A stretch of 63,499 bases of DNA, filler included, from Octopus bimaculoides (lineage: Eukaryota), in assembly GCF_001194135.2 (NCBI RefSeq). It is 5 parts of 4 records of this genome, joined end to end, with 100 filler letters (N's around TTAATTAATTAA, not from the genome) between each part and the next. Parts side by side here need not be neighbours in the genome. Positions count along the whole stretch, not along the records: positions 1 to 22,232 come from NC_069003.1; 4 more parts are not named here. One strand, given 5' to 3'. The notes below the pieces were generated by a model. That model saw nothing but the letters and a program-made list of their open reading frames with translations, did no database searches and was not told where the DNA came from. This document shows positions 1 through 11,612 of this stretch, piece by piece. Position numbers and translations under genes: made by a program. Every line of letters begins with the position of its first letter. The stretch's first letter is position 1.

Positions 1-210
1 TCTTATTTCTTTATTGCCCACAAGGGGCTAAACATAGAGAGGACAAACAAGGACAGACAAAGGGATTAAGTCGATTACATCGACCCCAGTGCGTAAATGG
101 CACTTAATTTATCGACACTGAAAGGATGAAAGGCAAAGTCGACCTCGGCAGAATTTGAACTCAGAACGTAAAGGCAGACGAAATACCCTAAGCATTTCAC
201 CCGCGTGCTA
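1..210 (-). mobile_element. SINE family A, monomer with ...GTGGGCAATAAAGAAATAAGA tail; first ~20 nt of head missing
   Basis: Reverse complement matches copies at 16220 and 17963: TAGCACGC..GAAATGCTTAG, B-box-like GAGTTCAAATTC, central GCCTTTCATCCTTTC..GTCGATAAATTAAG block. Confidence 0.9.
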
Positions 211-628
211 CAGAAATGTTAATGTAAAAAGGGAAAACAGATTAGGTTTATCCGTGGAAAGAAAAGCCTACGGAAAAGACCACGGTAATCTTGGGCAATA
301 ATGTCATGCAAAAAAACACATTACAGTAAATGACCCTCTTTTTCCTTTCTTTTTTTGGTTCATAGGATTATGCTCAAACTGGCTCCGTCATTCACATGTG
401 CCATCCTTGCTACATTCACCCATCTATTTTTTTAAACATTCACTAGACAAAACTTCCCTCTCCCTTCTCACCTTCCTCTTCAAGTGATACTTGAAGAAGT
501 TGATGAGAGATTGACCAGAGAGGAATGTATTTATCTCTAGACCTTTCAGACACGTCCACCATACACATTCTTTCGCCATAGCCACAAGTACGATGAAAAT
601 GGGTCTTCCTTCCCATTTCAAACAGAAA
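211..628 (-). mobile_element. L1/Tx1-type LINE 3' fragment (ORF2 C-terminus and partial 3' UTR)
   Basis: Minus-strand translation FIVLVAMAKECVWWTCLKG..FLSGQSLINFFKYHLKRKVRREREVLS resembles the extreme C-terminus of Tx1-type ORF2; T-rich UTR follows. Confidence 0.6.
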
Positions 629-661
629 GAGAGAGAGACAGAGAGAGAAAAACAGATACAC

Positions 662-693
<32 letters not shown>
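629..693. repeat. (GA)n/(GATA)n microsatellite
   Basis: Directly visible. Confidence 0.95.
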
Positions 694-1339
694 GAAATTT
701 TGCAACCACACCAACATTCTTCTGTGTCTCCATTTGTATCTCATACCGAGTTTGAGTATTTTGTCATAAAAAACAAAAAACAAATAATCGATAGCCACAT
801 TCCATAATCCAGATCCTACGAGAGTAGCTATATATTTGCTGAAACAAATGTCCCTGACCGGAAAGAAAAAATAAAAGAGAAACTCTTCTATTTGAGATCC
901 TATAATATTTTCCTGTGGATATTTCGTTCGAAATATGGTGAATGGTTAAGCGAAAACTGTGTTATTATTTCTAGTAGGTAACAGCGAATTATAAATTACA
1001 TTTACTACGCCTACATGCAATTAATGGATATAAGTATTATTTAAAGCTTTAAATATATGTAACAGTTAGAAACCATGCATGTACTATTCGCTAAGGGTAC
1101 AAAGGTTAAGCAGATTTAGGCATTTCATTTTGGCATTGCGTTGAATATGACCTTCTTGGCAATTTATCATTACGGTCGACATCGTCTTCACCTCTGAATA
1201 ACCTAAGAGAGGCCTGTGTGTAATGTGTTAAATATTATTTGGTCTAAGCTTAAAACGGTGCTTAGATCCAGAAATTTTATCTTATGTGTTGTATAATAGA
1301 GATTAACAAATTAAGGAGTTTGCAATGTTCAGAAATATA

Positions 1340-1620
1340 GGCGCAGGTGCGACTGTGTGATGAGAAGCTTGCTTTCCAACCACATGGTTCTGGGTTCAGT
1401 CCCACTGCATGGCACCTTGGGCAAGTGTCTTCTGCTATGGCCTCCGGCCGACCAAAGATTTGTGAGTGGATTTGGTAGATGGACACTGGAAAAATCCCGT
1501 GTGTGTGTGTGCGTGTGTGTGTATATGTTATATGTGCATCAATGTGTCAGCGTTTGTCCCGCCATCGCCGCTTGACAACCGGTGTTGGTGTATTTACGTC
1601 CCGTACCTTAGCGGTTCGAC
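1340..1620 (+). mobile_element. SINE family D, 3'-truncated, with internal (TG)n
   Basis: tRNA-like head GGCGCAGG..GGGTTCAGTCCC, GGCACCTTGGGCAAGTGTCTTC block; collinear with copy at 29960. Confidence 0.9.
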
Positions 1621-2006
1621 ATGTTACCGAGGTGTTTATAGAGAGCGAAAAATAGCTTCTTCTAAGCAAACAATTCTTGACTTTTTTTTTTAAGAAATCT
1701 ACAAGTCCGTCTACGAGTGCTTGTGAACTAGCAATCGCGTCTACAAGTGATGTGCGCGAATCTAGTGCGAGCGGAAGTGATTCGGAAAACGATTATAATA
1801 ATATCTTTTTTTTTTATAAATGATCCTGACGTATTATTGCCATTTATTTACTAGTATTATACATTTTATTGGTAAAATATTTTTCTGGAAACAAATCACA
1901 ATTAATTACATTGCAACTGTGGGAAATTAATGCTCTGCTTTAGGAGATTTCGTTTTACGAGCAGTCTTCGGGAACAAATTAACTCGTATATCAAGACATT
2001 ACTGTA
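1621..2006 (+). mobile_element. pogo/Tigger-like DNA transposon right-end relic
   Basis: Peptide CYRGVYRERKIASSKQTILDFFF resembles the Tigger C-terminal KQTTLDxFF motif; end CTCGTATATCAAGACATTACTG-TA resembles a Tigger TIR plus TA. Confidence 0.55.
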
Positions 2007-2821
2007 CTCAATTACGTGTCTTGATTAGCAAGATACGTAAATTCCGTTGATTAAAATTACCTCCCCTCCCGGTTTAACCACACTTTTTCGGCCGGTCTGC
2101 TAACGACCAGTTATTTGAATCGATATTTATCTGACTATTTTAATGTACCGCAGTACATTTTAATTTTCTTCCACTTTTTCGTAACACTATTTCATTACAC
2201 TAATTATTTGTCACATCTAAGTGAAAAATAAACTATTTGTTCTTTCTGTTATATGAATCTGAGCATTTCAAAACAACACCTTAATTATGTCGTAATTCCA
2301 TATCATTTTAATGTCTTTATCTTATCTCATTTTATCTGTAACTCATTTTATAGTATTTTATCTTAATTTTATGTTCTTCTCGGATTTAAACATTCGCTAA
2401 ATACTTTCTAATAGCTTGACATATCTAAAACAAATAAATCTCTCACTTCCAAGCATCTTCTCGAAACACATTTAACAAACATATTTAAATGTATCTTTAA
2501 TTACCTTTTATCCGAGTCTACTTAAACTTAACTTCATTTAATCAATTTTATTAGTTTCTTCAGCTTTTACAATTTCATATCATTGAATTACTAATTTTTT
2601 AAAAAAGTAATTAAATTCAACTAAGGGAACACGATTGAACACAAGCTTTTATTAAGAAATTATGAAATCTATAACCAAAATTGTTTTAACATATCAATCA
2701 TATTTTATTGATTCTGGTCCAACTTTCTGGTCATCGTGTAATTTAAAAATCACCAATGATATAAACTCATCACTTCAAAATAATTAGAATAATTTGAATA
2801 ATATGCTGTCATAAACAGTAA

Positions 2822-2899
2822 TGAGTGTTTTTTAATATATATTAAAATGGTAAAAAAAACAACAAATTTGGCCGTTAGTCCTAGCTACATGCAGTTATT
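2822..2899 (+). repeat. 78-bp direct repeat, left copy (probable long TSD)
   Basis: Matches 3253-3330 with about 5 differences; both abut the SINE. Confidence 0.9.
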
Positions 2900-3252
2900 G
2901 TTGTTGGCACTCCGTCGCTTACGACGTCGAGGGTTCCAGGAACAGCCTGCTCGTGAAATTAACGTGGAAGTGGCTGAGAACTCCACAGACACGTGTACCC
3001 TTAACGTAGTTCTCGGGGATATTCAGCATGACACAGATTGTGACAAGGCTGACCCTTTGAATTACAGGCACAACAGAAACAGGAAGTAAGAGAAAGTTGT
3101 GGTGGAAGAGTACAGCAGGGTTCGCCACCATCCTCTGCAGAGCCTCGTGGAGCTTTTAGGTGTTTTCGCTCGATAAACACTCACAACGCCCGGTCTGGGA
3201 ATCGAAACTGCGATCCTATGACCGCGAGTCCGCTGGGCCATTGCGCCTCCAC
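2900..3252 (-). mobile_element. SINE family B, near full length with small deletions
   Basis: Reverse complement runs GGAGGCGCAATGGCCCAG.. to ..CGACGGAGTGCCAACAAC; matches 19228 and 29007. Confidence 0.93.
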
Positions 3253-3330
3253 TGAGTGTTTTTTTAATATATATTAAAATGGTAAAAAAATAACAAATTT
3301 GGCCGTTAGTCCAAGCTAGATGCAATTATT
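3253..3330 (+). repeat. 78-bp direct repeat, right copy
   Basis: Matches 2822-2899. Confidence 0.9.
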
Positions 3331-3359
3331 AAGAACTGCAGATTGGCATATTCATCGGG

Positions 3360-3452
3360 GTGTCAGATAAAATGCCTTGTGGTTTTACTTCCAGCTCTTT
3401 GCGTTCTGGGTTCAAATGGCACCGACGTCAAATTTGCCTTTCAACGTTTTCC
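3360..3452 (+). mobile_element. Old degenerate SINE A-like head
   Basis: GCGTTCTGGGTTCAAAT..CGACGTCAAATTTGCCTTTC resembles family A B-box and central block. Confidence 0.5.
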
Positions 3453-3574
3453 TCATCATCAATCCCTGCTACTTCCTTCCTAACAGGATATCGTTACCGC
3501 CGTAGAAGGAATCTATGCTTCTGGACACACCTCATGTTGTTAATCTCATCAGTCATATTCTTCCATGCTGGCTG

Positions 3575-3712
3575 AGTGTTGGTGTGTTTTCGTCCCTGTA
3601 ACTTATTGATTTCCGCAAAAGAGACTCATATTATAAGTACTGGGTCACATTCTTCAAGGTGGTACTCCAGCATAGCCGCAATCAAATGACTAAAACAAAT
3701 GAACAGAAAAAA
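3575..3712 (+). mobile_element. SINE family D 3' half, degenerate
   Basis: GTTGGTGTGTTTTCGTCCCTGTAACTT..CTCCAGCATAGCCGCAATCAAATGACT matches family D 3' region. Confidence 0.8.
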
Positions 3713-4373
3713 ACGGAATATATATATATATGTATATATATATNNNNNNNNNNNNNNNNNNNNNNNNNNNNNNNNNNNNNNNNNNNNNNNNNNNNNNNNN
3801 NNNNNNNNNNNNNNNNNNNNNNNNNNNNNNNNNNNNNNNNNNNNNNNNNNNNNNNNNNNNNNNNNNNNNNNNNNNNNNNNNNNNNNNNNNNNNNNNNNNN
3901 NNNNNNNNNNNNNNNNNNNNNNNNNNNNNNNNNNNNNNNNNNNNNNNNNNNNNNNNNNNNNNNNNNNNNNNNNNNNNNNNNNNNNNNNNNNNNNNNNNNN
4001 NNNNNNNNNNNNNNNNNNNNNNNNNNNNNNNNNNNNNNNNNNNNNNNNNNNNNNNNNNNNNNNNNNNNNNNNNNNNNNNNNNNNNNNNNNNNNNNNNNNN
4101 NNNNNNNNNNNNNNNNNNNNNNNNNNNNNNNNNNNNNNNNNNNNNNNNNNNNNNNNNNNNNNNNNNNNNNNNNNNNNNNNNNNNNNNNNNNNNNNNNNNN
4201 NNNNNNNNNNNNNNNNNNNNNNNNNNNNNNNNNNNNNNNNNNNNNNNNNNNNNNNNNNNNNNNNNNNNNNNNNNNNNNNNNNNNNNNNNNNNNNNNNNNN
4301 NNNNNNNNNNNNNNNNNNNNNNNNNNNNNAAAAGAAACGGAGAAAAAACAACGTGAGGACGCGGTGTGTGTGT

Positions 4374-4408
<35 letters not shown>

Positions 4409-4575
4409 TGTGTCTGTGTGTAGTTGGGTACATTTGCACCTAAGGACGCTAATAGCTTCACCCAATCACGATTTGGTATGTTTTTGGCACTGAAAAACAA
4501 TTACTCGGATTTGAAATTAATCATCCTTAAATTAAATCGAAATTGCAACTGTATTATTAGCTCTGCATAGATTAT

Positions 4576-4740
4576 GATGAACATGAGGAGGAGGAAGGGC
4601 GGAATAAGGATGATGATGAGGAGGATGGAGATTGTGATGATGATGTCGTTATTGTTGTTGTTGTTGGTGGTGGTGGTGGTGATGGTGGATAACGTGATGG
4701 CGGCAACGGTTGTCGTTTTGCTTCTTGTGGTTGGGCTGAC

Positions 4741-4793
<53 letters not shown>

Positions 4794-4899
4794 AAGTAGT
4801 TGTAGTAGTATTGGGGGAAGTTGTAATAGTAGTGTTGGCGGTGGTGGTAGTGGTGCTGGTAGTTGCATTAGTAGTAGTAGTTGTAAAGTAGTAGGGTTG

Positions 4900-4937
<38 letters not shown>

Positions 4938-5009
4938 GGTGGTGGTGGTGGTTGTGGTGGTGGTTATGGTGATCGTGGTGGTGGTTATGGTGGTGGTGGT
5001 GGTGGTGGT
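4576..5009. repeat. Compound trinucleotide microsatellite (GAT/GTT/GGT/GTA)
   Basis: Directly visible; runs into gap. Confidence 0.95.
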
Positions 5010-5811
5010 GNNNNNNNNNNNNNNNNNNNNNNNNNNNNNNNNNNNNNNNNNNNNNNNNNNNNNNNNNNNNNNNNNNNNNNNNNNNNNNNNNNNNNNNNNN
5101 NNNNNNNNNNNNNNNNNNNNNNNNNNNNNNNNNNNNNNNNNNNNNNNNNNNNNNNNNNNNNNNNNNNNNNNNNNNNNNNNNNNNNNNNNNNNNNNNNNNN
5201 NNNNNNNNNNNNNNNNNNNNNNNNNNNNNNNNNNNNNNNNNNNNNNNNNNNNNNNNNNNNNNNNNNNNNNNNNNNNNNNNNNNNNNNNNNNNNNNNNNNN
5301 NNNNNNNNNNNNNNNNNNNNNNNNNNNNNNNNNNNNNNNNNNNNNNNNNNNNNNNNNNNNNNNNNNNNCGGTGAGTCTGAATGTTATCGGTAGCGTCCGC
5401 TATCAAGTCTTACCAGGCAACTGCAAGGCGGGTGGGCTCGGGTGGCTTCTTAGGTGCACAAGAGTACATTAAGGTCACAGCACTTCGAGTTATCACTGGA
5501 ATAAAGAAGGAAATAAATATGTATATAAATAAATAAATAAATAAATAAATGAATGAATGAATAAATAAATGCAATAAAAATATAAAAAAATAAACGACTG
5601 GCCTATCTTTCTGTTTGTTTGTTTGCTTGTTTATTTGTTTGTATTTTTTCTCTCTTTCTTTCGCAGATTGTTTACTGTGATAAACATGTGTGACTGTTCT
5701 GTGTTGTGTTTATGCGTGTGTGTGTGTGTATATATGTGTGAGCACGTGTCCGTGTGCCAGTGTATACGTTGCTCATGTGTATGCGTGTATGTCGTTGTGT
5801 GTTAGTGTATA

Positions 5812-5914
5812 GGCGAAGGCGTGGCTGTGTGGTAAGACGCTTGCTTCCCAACCACATGATTCCGGGTTCAATCCCATTGTGTGACACCTTCGGTGGGCAG
5901 GTGTCTTCTACTAT
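5812..5914 (+). mobile_element. SINE family D head fragment
   Basis: GGCGAAGGCGTGGCTGTGTGGTAAGACGCTTGCTTCCCAACCAC..GGGTTCAATCCC..GGGCAGGTGTCTTCTACT. Confidence 0.88.
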
Positions 5915-5928
5915 CGCTGCATATCTAT

Positions 5929-6124
5929 GTATTTATTTATGTACGTTTTGAAGATAATCAAACCAAATTTTCAGCATTTCCAGCCACTCACCCAATGAGT
6001 ATTTCTGCCAAATTTGGTGAAGATCCGTTCAGCCGTTTTCCAGTAATTTTGCAAACACACAGACAAGCAGATCAAGGGAACAGTGATTATAATACCCTGC
6101 TTTCGCTTACAAGCGCAGGGTAAT
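5929..6124 (+). mobile_element. DINE-1/HINE-like (Helentron-associated) non-autonomous fragment
   Basis: CCAAATTTGGTGAAGATCCGTTCAGCCGTTTT block, short GACA-like tract, terminal stem-loop TACCCTGC..GCAGGGTA at 6093-6122. Confidence 0.55.
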
Positions 6125-6488
6125 ATCTCCTCCTCCTCCTCCTCCTACTACTACTACTACTATTGCTGCTGCTGTTGCTGCTAAATAAGTTTCAGTAGCG
6201 TTACCACTAACGCCGCGAAAATCACCACCGCCACCACCATTACTACCTCCGCTCAACAGAAATGATTTAAATAAATTACAGTTAAGGAAAATGGCTGATC
6301 AGTATAAGAAGCAGTAATGGAAAAGTGCCTGGTATGTTTGTGTTTGTGTGTGACTGGTTATATTCATAGACTGATAGATAGACAGATAACGTGTGTGGGT
6401 GTGAATCTATGTATAAATACATACATATATATATGTATACACACACATACACGTCTATTTATAAGGGAATACATTATACAACTGCGTG

Positions 6489-6489
6489 T

Positions 6490-6557
<68 letters not shown>

Positions 6558-6598
6558 CGTGGTGGTCGTGGTGTTAGAAGAAGAAGAAGAAGAAGGTG
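6489..6598. repeat. (GTA)n/(GTG)n/(GAA)n microsatellite
   Basis: Directly visible. Confidence 0.95.
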
Positions 6599-6820
6599 AA
6601 CATGAATCAACTCTCCTATTAATGATAGGAGGATAAAAATAAATAAAATACAAATAACGAGAATAAAATAATATTAAGATCGGTGGAAACGATAATATAT
6701 GAATATAATGACTTCGAAAATATCTATTAATCATTAAAAATTCCCATATATATTAGCAAAGCGTTGCTTAATTGTTGCCGATACATACATATGTACATAT
6801 ACATACACACACGTATATAT

Positions 6821-6859
<39 letters not shown>

Positions 6860-8306
6860 NNNNNNNNNNNNNNNNNNNNNNNNNNNNNNNNNNNNNNNNN
6901 NNNNNNNNNNNNNNNNNNNNNNNNNNNNNNNNNNNNNNNNNNNNNNNNNNNNNNNNNNNNNNNNNNNNNNNNNNNNNNNNNNNNNNNNNNNNNNNNNNNN
7001 NNNNNNNNNNNNNNNNNNNNNNNNNNNNNNNNNNNNNNNNNNNNNNNNNNNNNNNNNNNNNNNNNNNNNNNNNNNNNNNNNNNNNNNNNNNNNNNNNNNN
7101 NNNNNNNNNNNNNNNNNNNNNNNNNNNNNNNNNNNNNNNNNNNNNNNNNNNNNNNNNNNNNNNNNNNNNNNNNNNNNNNNNNNNNNNNNNNNNNNNNNNN
7201 NNNNNNNNNNNNNNNNNNNNNNNNNNNNNNNNNNNNNNNNNNNNNNNNNNNNNNNNNNNNNNNNNNNNNNNNNNNNNNNNNNNNNNNNNNNNNNNNNNNN
7301 NNNNNNNNNNNNNNNNNNNNNNNNNNNNNNNNNNNNNNNNNNNNNNNNNNNNNNNNNNNNNNNNNNNNNNNNNNNNNNNNNNNNNNNNNNNNNNNNNNNN
7401 NNNNNNNNNNNNNNNNNNNNNNNNNNNNNNNNTATATATATATGTATATCAACTACGGTAGTAGTTGAATAATATTCTTAAGGCTGCAATTTACTCACAC
7501 ACAGCATCTTTCAGAGCTTTTTGCTAATTCAGTTCTTAACCGAATTGAAAATTGTTAACATTTTTGAAGAGGACTGGTCCCTAGTTACATTTTCGCATGA
7601 CAAAATTGAGATTTGATCCAGTAGAAAACAGTTTACATCAAAATGTGTAGCAATGTTATAGGAGTAATTAACGCCACCAATCAAGTTTAGATCTAAACAA
7701 TTTTATATTTATTTTAAAAGCAAAATGTATTTATCTTAGCTTCAATGATAGAAGAACGCATGGAGAATTTCATAGTTTTGGTCCCATGCAACAAAAAATT
7801 CTATCAAAAAAGTTGTGAGGTAAAATATCATTAAAAAAAATATGAGTAAGGCAAAAAATTAGATTTAAGTATTGTTAACTTTTTTATTTAAAAAACAAAC
7901 TATATTTTAATTGAACGTAAATGATAGAGCTCAAATCGAGTAATATCACGGTATCAATCTCAAATTTGAGAGTGATAATATAGTTCTATACTTTTTCTTA
8001 TTATAGTTCTATAAGGGATCTTTTAATATATGTCACCGGCGTCATTGAGGTAGGGATAAAATTATCAACGACACCGCTAATTGATACGTGACACTTTATT
8101 AATTACTATAATAGCATAGCCTGGAAAAAACATGAATTACATGGCAAAATGCGAGCCAGAGAAATAATATTCTTAAGATTATAAACCTAGAAAATTACAG
8201 GACAACTTAAAGTATTGCAGTTAAGGATAAAATTTGAATATCAAATTTATTTGATTTTAATATATGTACGTATATATATATATATAGGTGCATATATGTA
8301 CGTATA

Positions 8307-8346
8307 TGAGTTGATTTGGTAGACGGAAAATGAAAGAAGCCCGTCG

Positions 8347-8347
<1 letters not shown>
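8307..8347 (+). mobile_element. SINE family D internal fragment
   Basis: GATTTGGTAGACGGAAAATGAAAGAAGCCCGTCGTATA followed by (TA)n as in other D copies. Confidence 0.75.
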
Positions 8348-8390
<43 letters not shown>

Positions 8391-8409
8391 CAGCTATTCT
8401 GATTATATG

Positions 8410-8633
8410 TTTGTGCACACGTTTGAATGTGATGTGTGCCAGAGGGTTTGCAAATCCAATGGGGGGTCTTAAAAGACATGTTAGGATCCACAATGAGCAG
8501 AACTTACTTGCAGGTATTGGTAGTGCAAATCAGAGGTGCAATCTGTGTGGGTGTTTTTTCAAAACACTGTCTGGTTTAAAAAGCCACATCAGACGCCATG
8601 AAAGGGCTAAGGTGTAGGTGCAGGAGGTGGTCA
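8410..8633 (+). mobile_element. RTE-type LINE 3' end with two C2H2-like fingers (frameshifted)
   Basis: FECDVCQRVCKSNGG/LKRHVRIH and CNLCGCFFKTLSGLKSHIRRH then stop; GLxSHxRxH-type fingers occur at RTE ORF2 C-termini; no TGEKP linker. Confidence 0.6.
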
Positions 8634-9359
8634 NNNNNNNNNNNNNNNNNNNNNNNNNNNNNNNNNNNNNNNNNNNNNNNNNNNNNNNNNNNNNNNNNNN
8701 NNNNNNNNNNNNNNNNNNNNNNNNNNNNNNNNNNNNNNNNNNNNNNNNNNNNNNNNNNNNNNNNNNNNNNNNNNNNNNNNNNNNNNNNNNNNNNNNNNNN
8801 NNNNNNNNNNNNNNNNNNNNNNNNNNNNNNNNNNNNNNNNNNNNNNNNNNNNNNNNNNNNNNNNNNNNNNNNNNNNNNNNNNNNNNNNNNNNNNNNNNNN
8901 NNNNNNNNNNNNNNNNNNNNNNNNNNNNNNNNNNNNNNNNNNNNNNNNNNNNNNNNNNNNNNNNNNNNNNNNNNNNNNNNNNNNNNNNNNNNNNNNNNNN
9001 NNNNNNNNNNNNNNNNNNNNNNNNNNNNNNNNNNNNNNNNNNNNNNNNNNNNNNNNNNNNNNNNNNNNNNNNNNNNNNNNNNNNNNNNNNNNNNNNNNNN
9101 NNNNNNNNNNNNNNNNNNNNNNNNNNNNNNNNNNNNNNNNNNNNNNNNNNNNNNNNNNNNNNNNNNNNNNNNNNNNNNNNNNNNNNNNNNNNNNNNNNNN
9201 NNNNNNNNNNNNNNNNNNNNNNNNNNNNNNNNNNNNNNNNNNNNNNNNNNNNNNNNNNNNNNNNNNNNNNNNNNNNNNNNNNNNNNNNNNNNNNNNNNNN
9301 NNNNNNNNNNNNNNNNNNNNNNNNNNNNNNNNNNNNNNNNNNNNNNNNNNNNNNNNNNN

Positions 9360-9390
9360 CATCACCATCACCATCGTTATTATTATTATT

Positions 9391-9451
<61 letters not shown>

Positions 9452-9465
9452 CCACCATCACCATC

Positions 9466-9501
<36 letters not shown>

Positions 9502-9616
9502 GTTGTTGTTGTTGTTGTTGTTGTTGTTTTACTCGTTTTTGAATATCTGCGACTTAATTCAGTTTTTCTCGCTCCAGTGAGTCAAGAAATGGATGCTAGC
9601 GGTTTTCAGGTGATTA

Positions 9617-9675
<59 letters not shown>

Positions 9676-9730
9676 TACTAGCCCTACCACCGCCACCACT
9701 TCCACCACCACCACCACCACCACCACTACT
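9360..9730. repeat. Compound trinucleotide microsatellites (CAT/TAT/TGT; CTA/CCA)
   Basis: Directly visible. Confidence 0.92.
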
Positions 9731-9957
9731 TTATAATAAGGATTCCTAGCATAGGCAGGTGACTTTTAATATTTAGTCGGGAGGGAAGTATTTCATGAGG
9801 GGAGATTGGTTGATGTGGTGCGTTCAGTTAAATGAACCCCATTATTTTGTTGGTATCTACCTTATTGTGAGTAGAAGGATGACTAGCAACGCTAACATGA
9901 CTGAGATAGAAAGTCAAAACTTTCTATAAAGGGAGATAAATGCTGTTTAAAAGAGAA

Positions 9958-10268
9958 GGCGAGTGGCTTAATGGTTAAGGTATTCTGTTCTCGATCGTTA
10001 GGTCGTGAGTTCAATTCCCAGTGTCCTTGAGCAAAAATACTTTATTTCAGGATGTTCCAGTCCACTCAGCTGGCAAAAATGAGAAGTACCTGTATTTCAA
10101 AGAGCCAACCTTGTTACAGTCTGTATCACGCTGAATCTCCCTGAGAACTATGTTAAGAGTGCGCATGCCTGTGGAGTACTCAGCCACTTGCACGTTGATT
10201 CCACGTGCAAGCTATTCCGTTGATCGAATCACCTGGAACCCTCATCGACGTAACCGACTGAGTGCCAG
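9958..10268 (+). mobile_element. SINE family C (own head and centre; 3' half shared with family B)
   Basis: Head GAGTGGCTTAATGGTTAAGG..GAGTTCAATTCC, GTGTCCTTGAGCAA block; matches 48331. Confidence 0.85.
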
Positions 10269-10607
10269 TCACAACCCAGCGCTTATATTGCCTGTTCGCT
10301 CGACTATATCAACGTACGATCCCTTATAGCACAACCCCTGTAGCATCAAACTCCTGACACCGCCCTTTTCAACACCTTCCCGTATAACCAGCCCCTTGTA
10401 ATGAAAAATATAGCAGCCCTGATTCTTGTGACATTATTTCTTAAAATGTCTCTCTGCTTTCAGCACCGTCTCTCATACCATCGCTCCTTATAACAGTACC
10501 GTTATAACGCCACTCCTAATAACATCCCATCTTGAAACGCCATCATTTTCAAATCTATGTCTTACAACAGAATACCACTTATAACATGGTTCTATGTATC
10601 AGGCTGT

Positions 10608-10909
10608 GGAGGCGCAATGGCCCAGTGGTTAGGGCAGCGGACTCGCGGTTATAGGATCGCAGTTTCGATTCCCAGACCGGGCGTTGTGAGTGTTTATTGA
10701 GCAAAAACACCTAAAGCTCCACAAGGCTCTGGCAGGGGATGGTAGCGAACCCTGCTGTACTCTTCCACCACAACTTTCTCTCACTCTTACTTCCTGTTTC
10801 TGTTGTGCCTGTAATTCAAAGGGTCAACCTTGTCACACTGTGTCACGCTGAATATCCCCATGAACTACGTTAAGGGTTTCACGTGTCTGTGGAGTGCTCA
10901 GCTACTTGC
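10608..10909 (+). mobile_element. SINE family B, cut by gap
   Basis: Near-identical to 19228 copy. Confidence 0.93.
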
Positions 10910-11238
10910 NNNNNNNNNNNNNNNNNNNNNNNNNNNNNNNNNNNNNNNNNNNNNNNNNNNNNNNNNNNNNNNNNNNNNNNNNNNNNNNNNNNNNNNNNNN
11001 NNNNNNNNNNNNNNNNNNNNNNNNNNNNNNNNNNNNNNNNNNNNNNNNNNNNNNNNNNNNNNNNNNNNNNNNNNNNNNNNNNNNNNNNNNNNNNNNNNNN
11101 NNNNNNNNNNNNNNNNNNNNNNNNNNNNNNNNNNNNNNNNNNNNNNNNNNNNNNNNNNNNNNNNNNNNNNNNNNNNNNNNNNNNNNNNNNNNNNNNNNNN
11201 NNNNNNNNNNNNNNNNNNNNNNNNNNNNNNNNNNNNNN

Positions 11239-11500
11239 GCTTTCGTCACCAATGATGATCTTCGAAAAAAAAGGTCCGCATCAACTTCCAACTGTTCTTT
11301 TAGTTCACAACACGCATTCAGTCGTGACTGCTTTTGATCTTCCGTGAACAAGCGAGGCACAAATTTTGCTGCAATTCTTTGCATTCGCAATTCCTCGCTC
11401 AAAATTCGTTGGCAGGAGCTCCAGGATATACCAGTCATATCAACAAGTCTGTCGATTGTTTGATGACAGTCCTCCAAGATCAGCTCATGAATTTTCATCA
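11239..11500 (-). mobile_element. mariner transposase fragment
   Basis: KIHELILEDCHQTIDRLVDMTGISWSSCQRILSEELRMQRIAAKFVPRLFTEDQKQSR = HTH plus WVPRxL-type motif, ending near the IITGDE region. Confidence 0.9.
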
Positions 11501-11504
11501 TGTG

Positions 11505-11554
11505 GACCATGTGGTTGGGAAGCAAGCGTCTTACGGCAGAGTCACGCCTGCGCC
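11505..11554 (-). mobile_element. SINE family D head (50 bp) fused to mariner fragment
   Basis: Reverse complement GGCGCAGGCGTGACT..GTAAGACGCTTGCTTCCCAACCACATGG. Confidence 0.8.
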
Positions 11555-11580
11555 TATATATATAATATATATATATACAT

Positions 11581-11612
<32 letters not shown>

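Noticed and set aside
4572-4891. Poly-Val/Leu/Thr/His ORFs, also at 6391, 35164, 49143 and 55099
   Set aside because: Translations of simple repeats with no domain or splice evidence.
8411-8617. Host C2H2 transcription factor gene
   Set aside because: Frameshifted, lacks canonical linkers, and looks like a LINE 3' end.
10320-10590. Degenerate ATAAC/CACC-rich periodic tract
   Set aside because: Too decayed to define a unit by eye; needs Tandem Repeats Finder.
10608-10680. SINE heads as tRNA genes
   Set aside because: No complete cloverleaf; each continues into a multi-copy SINE body.
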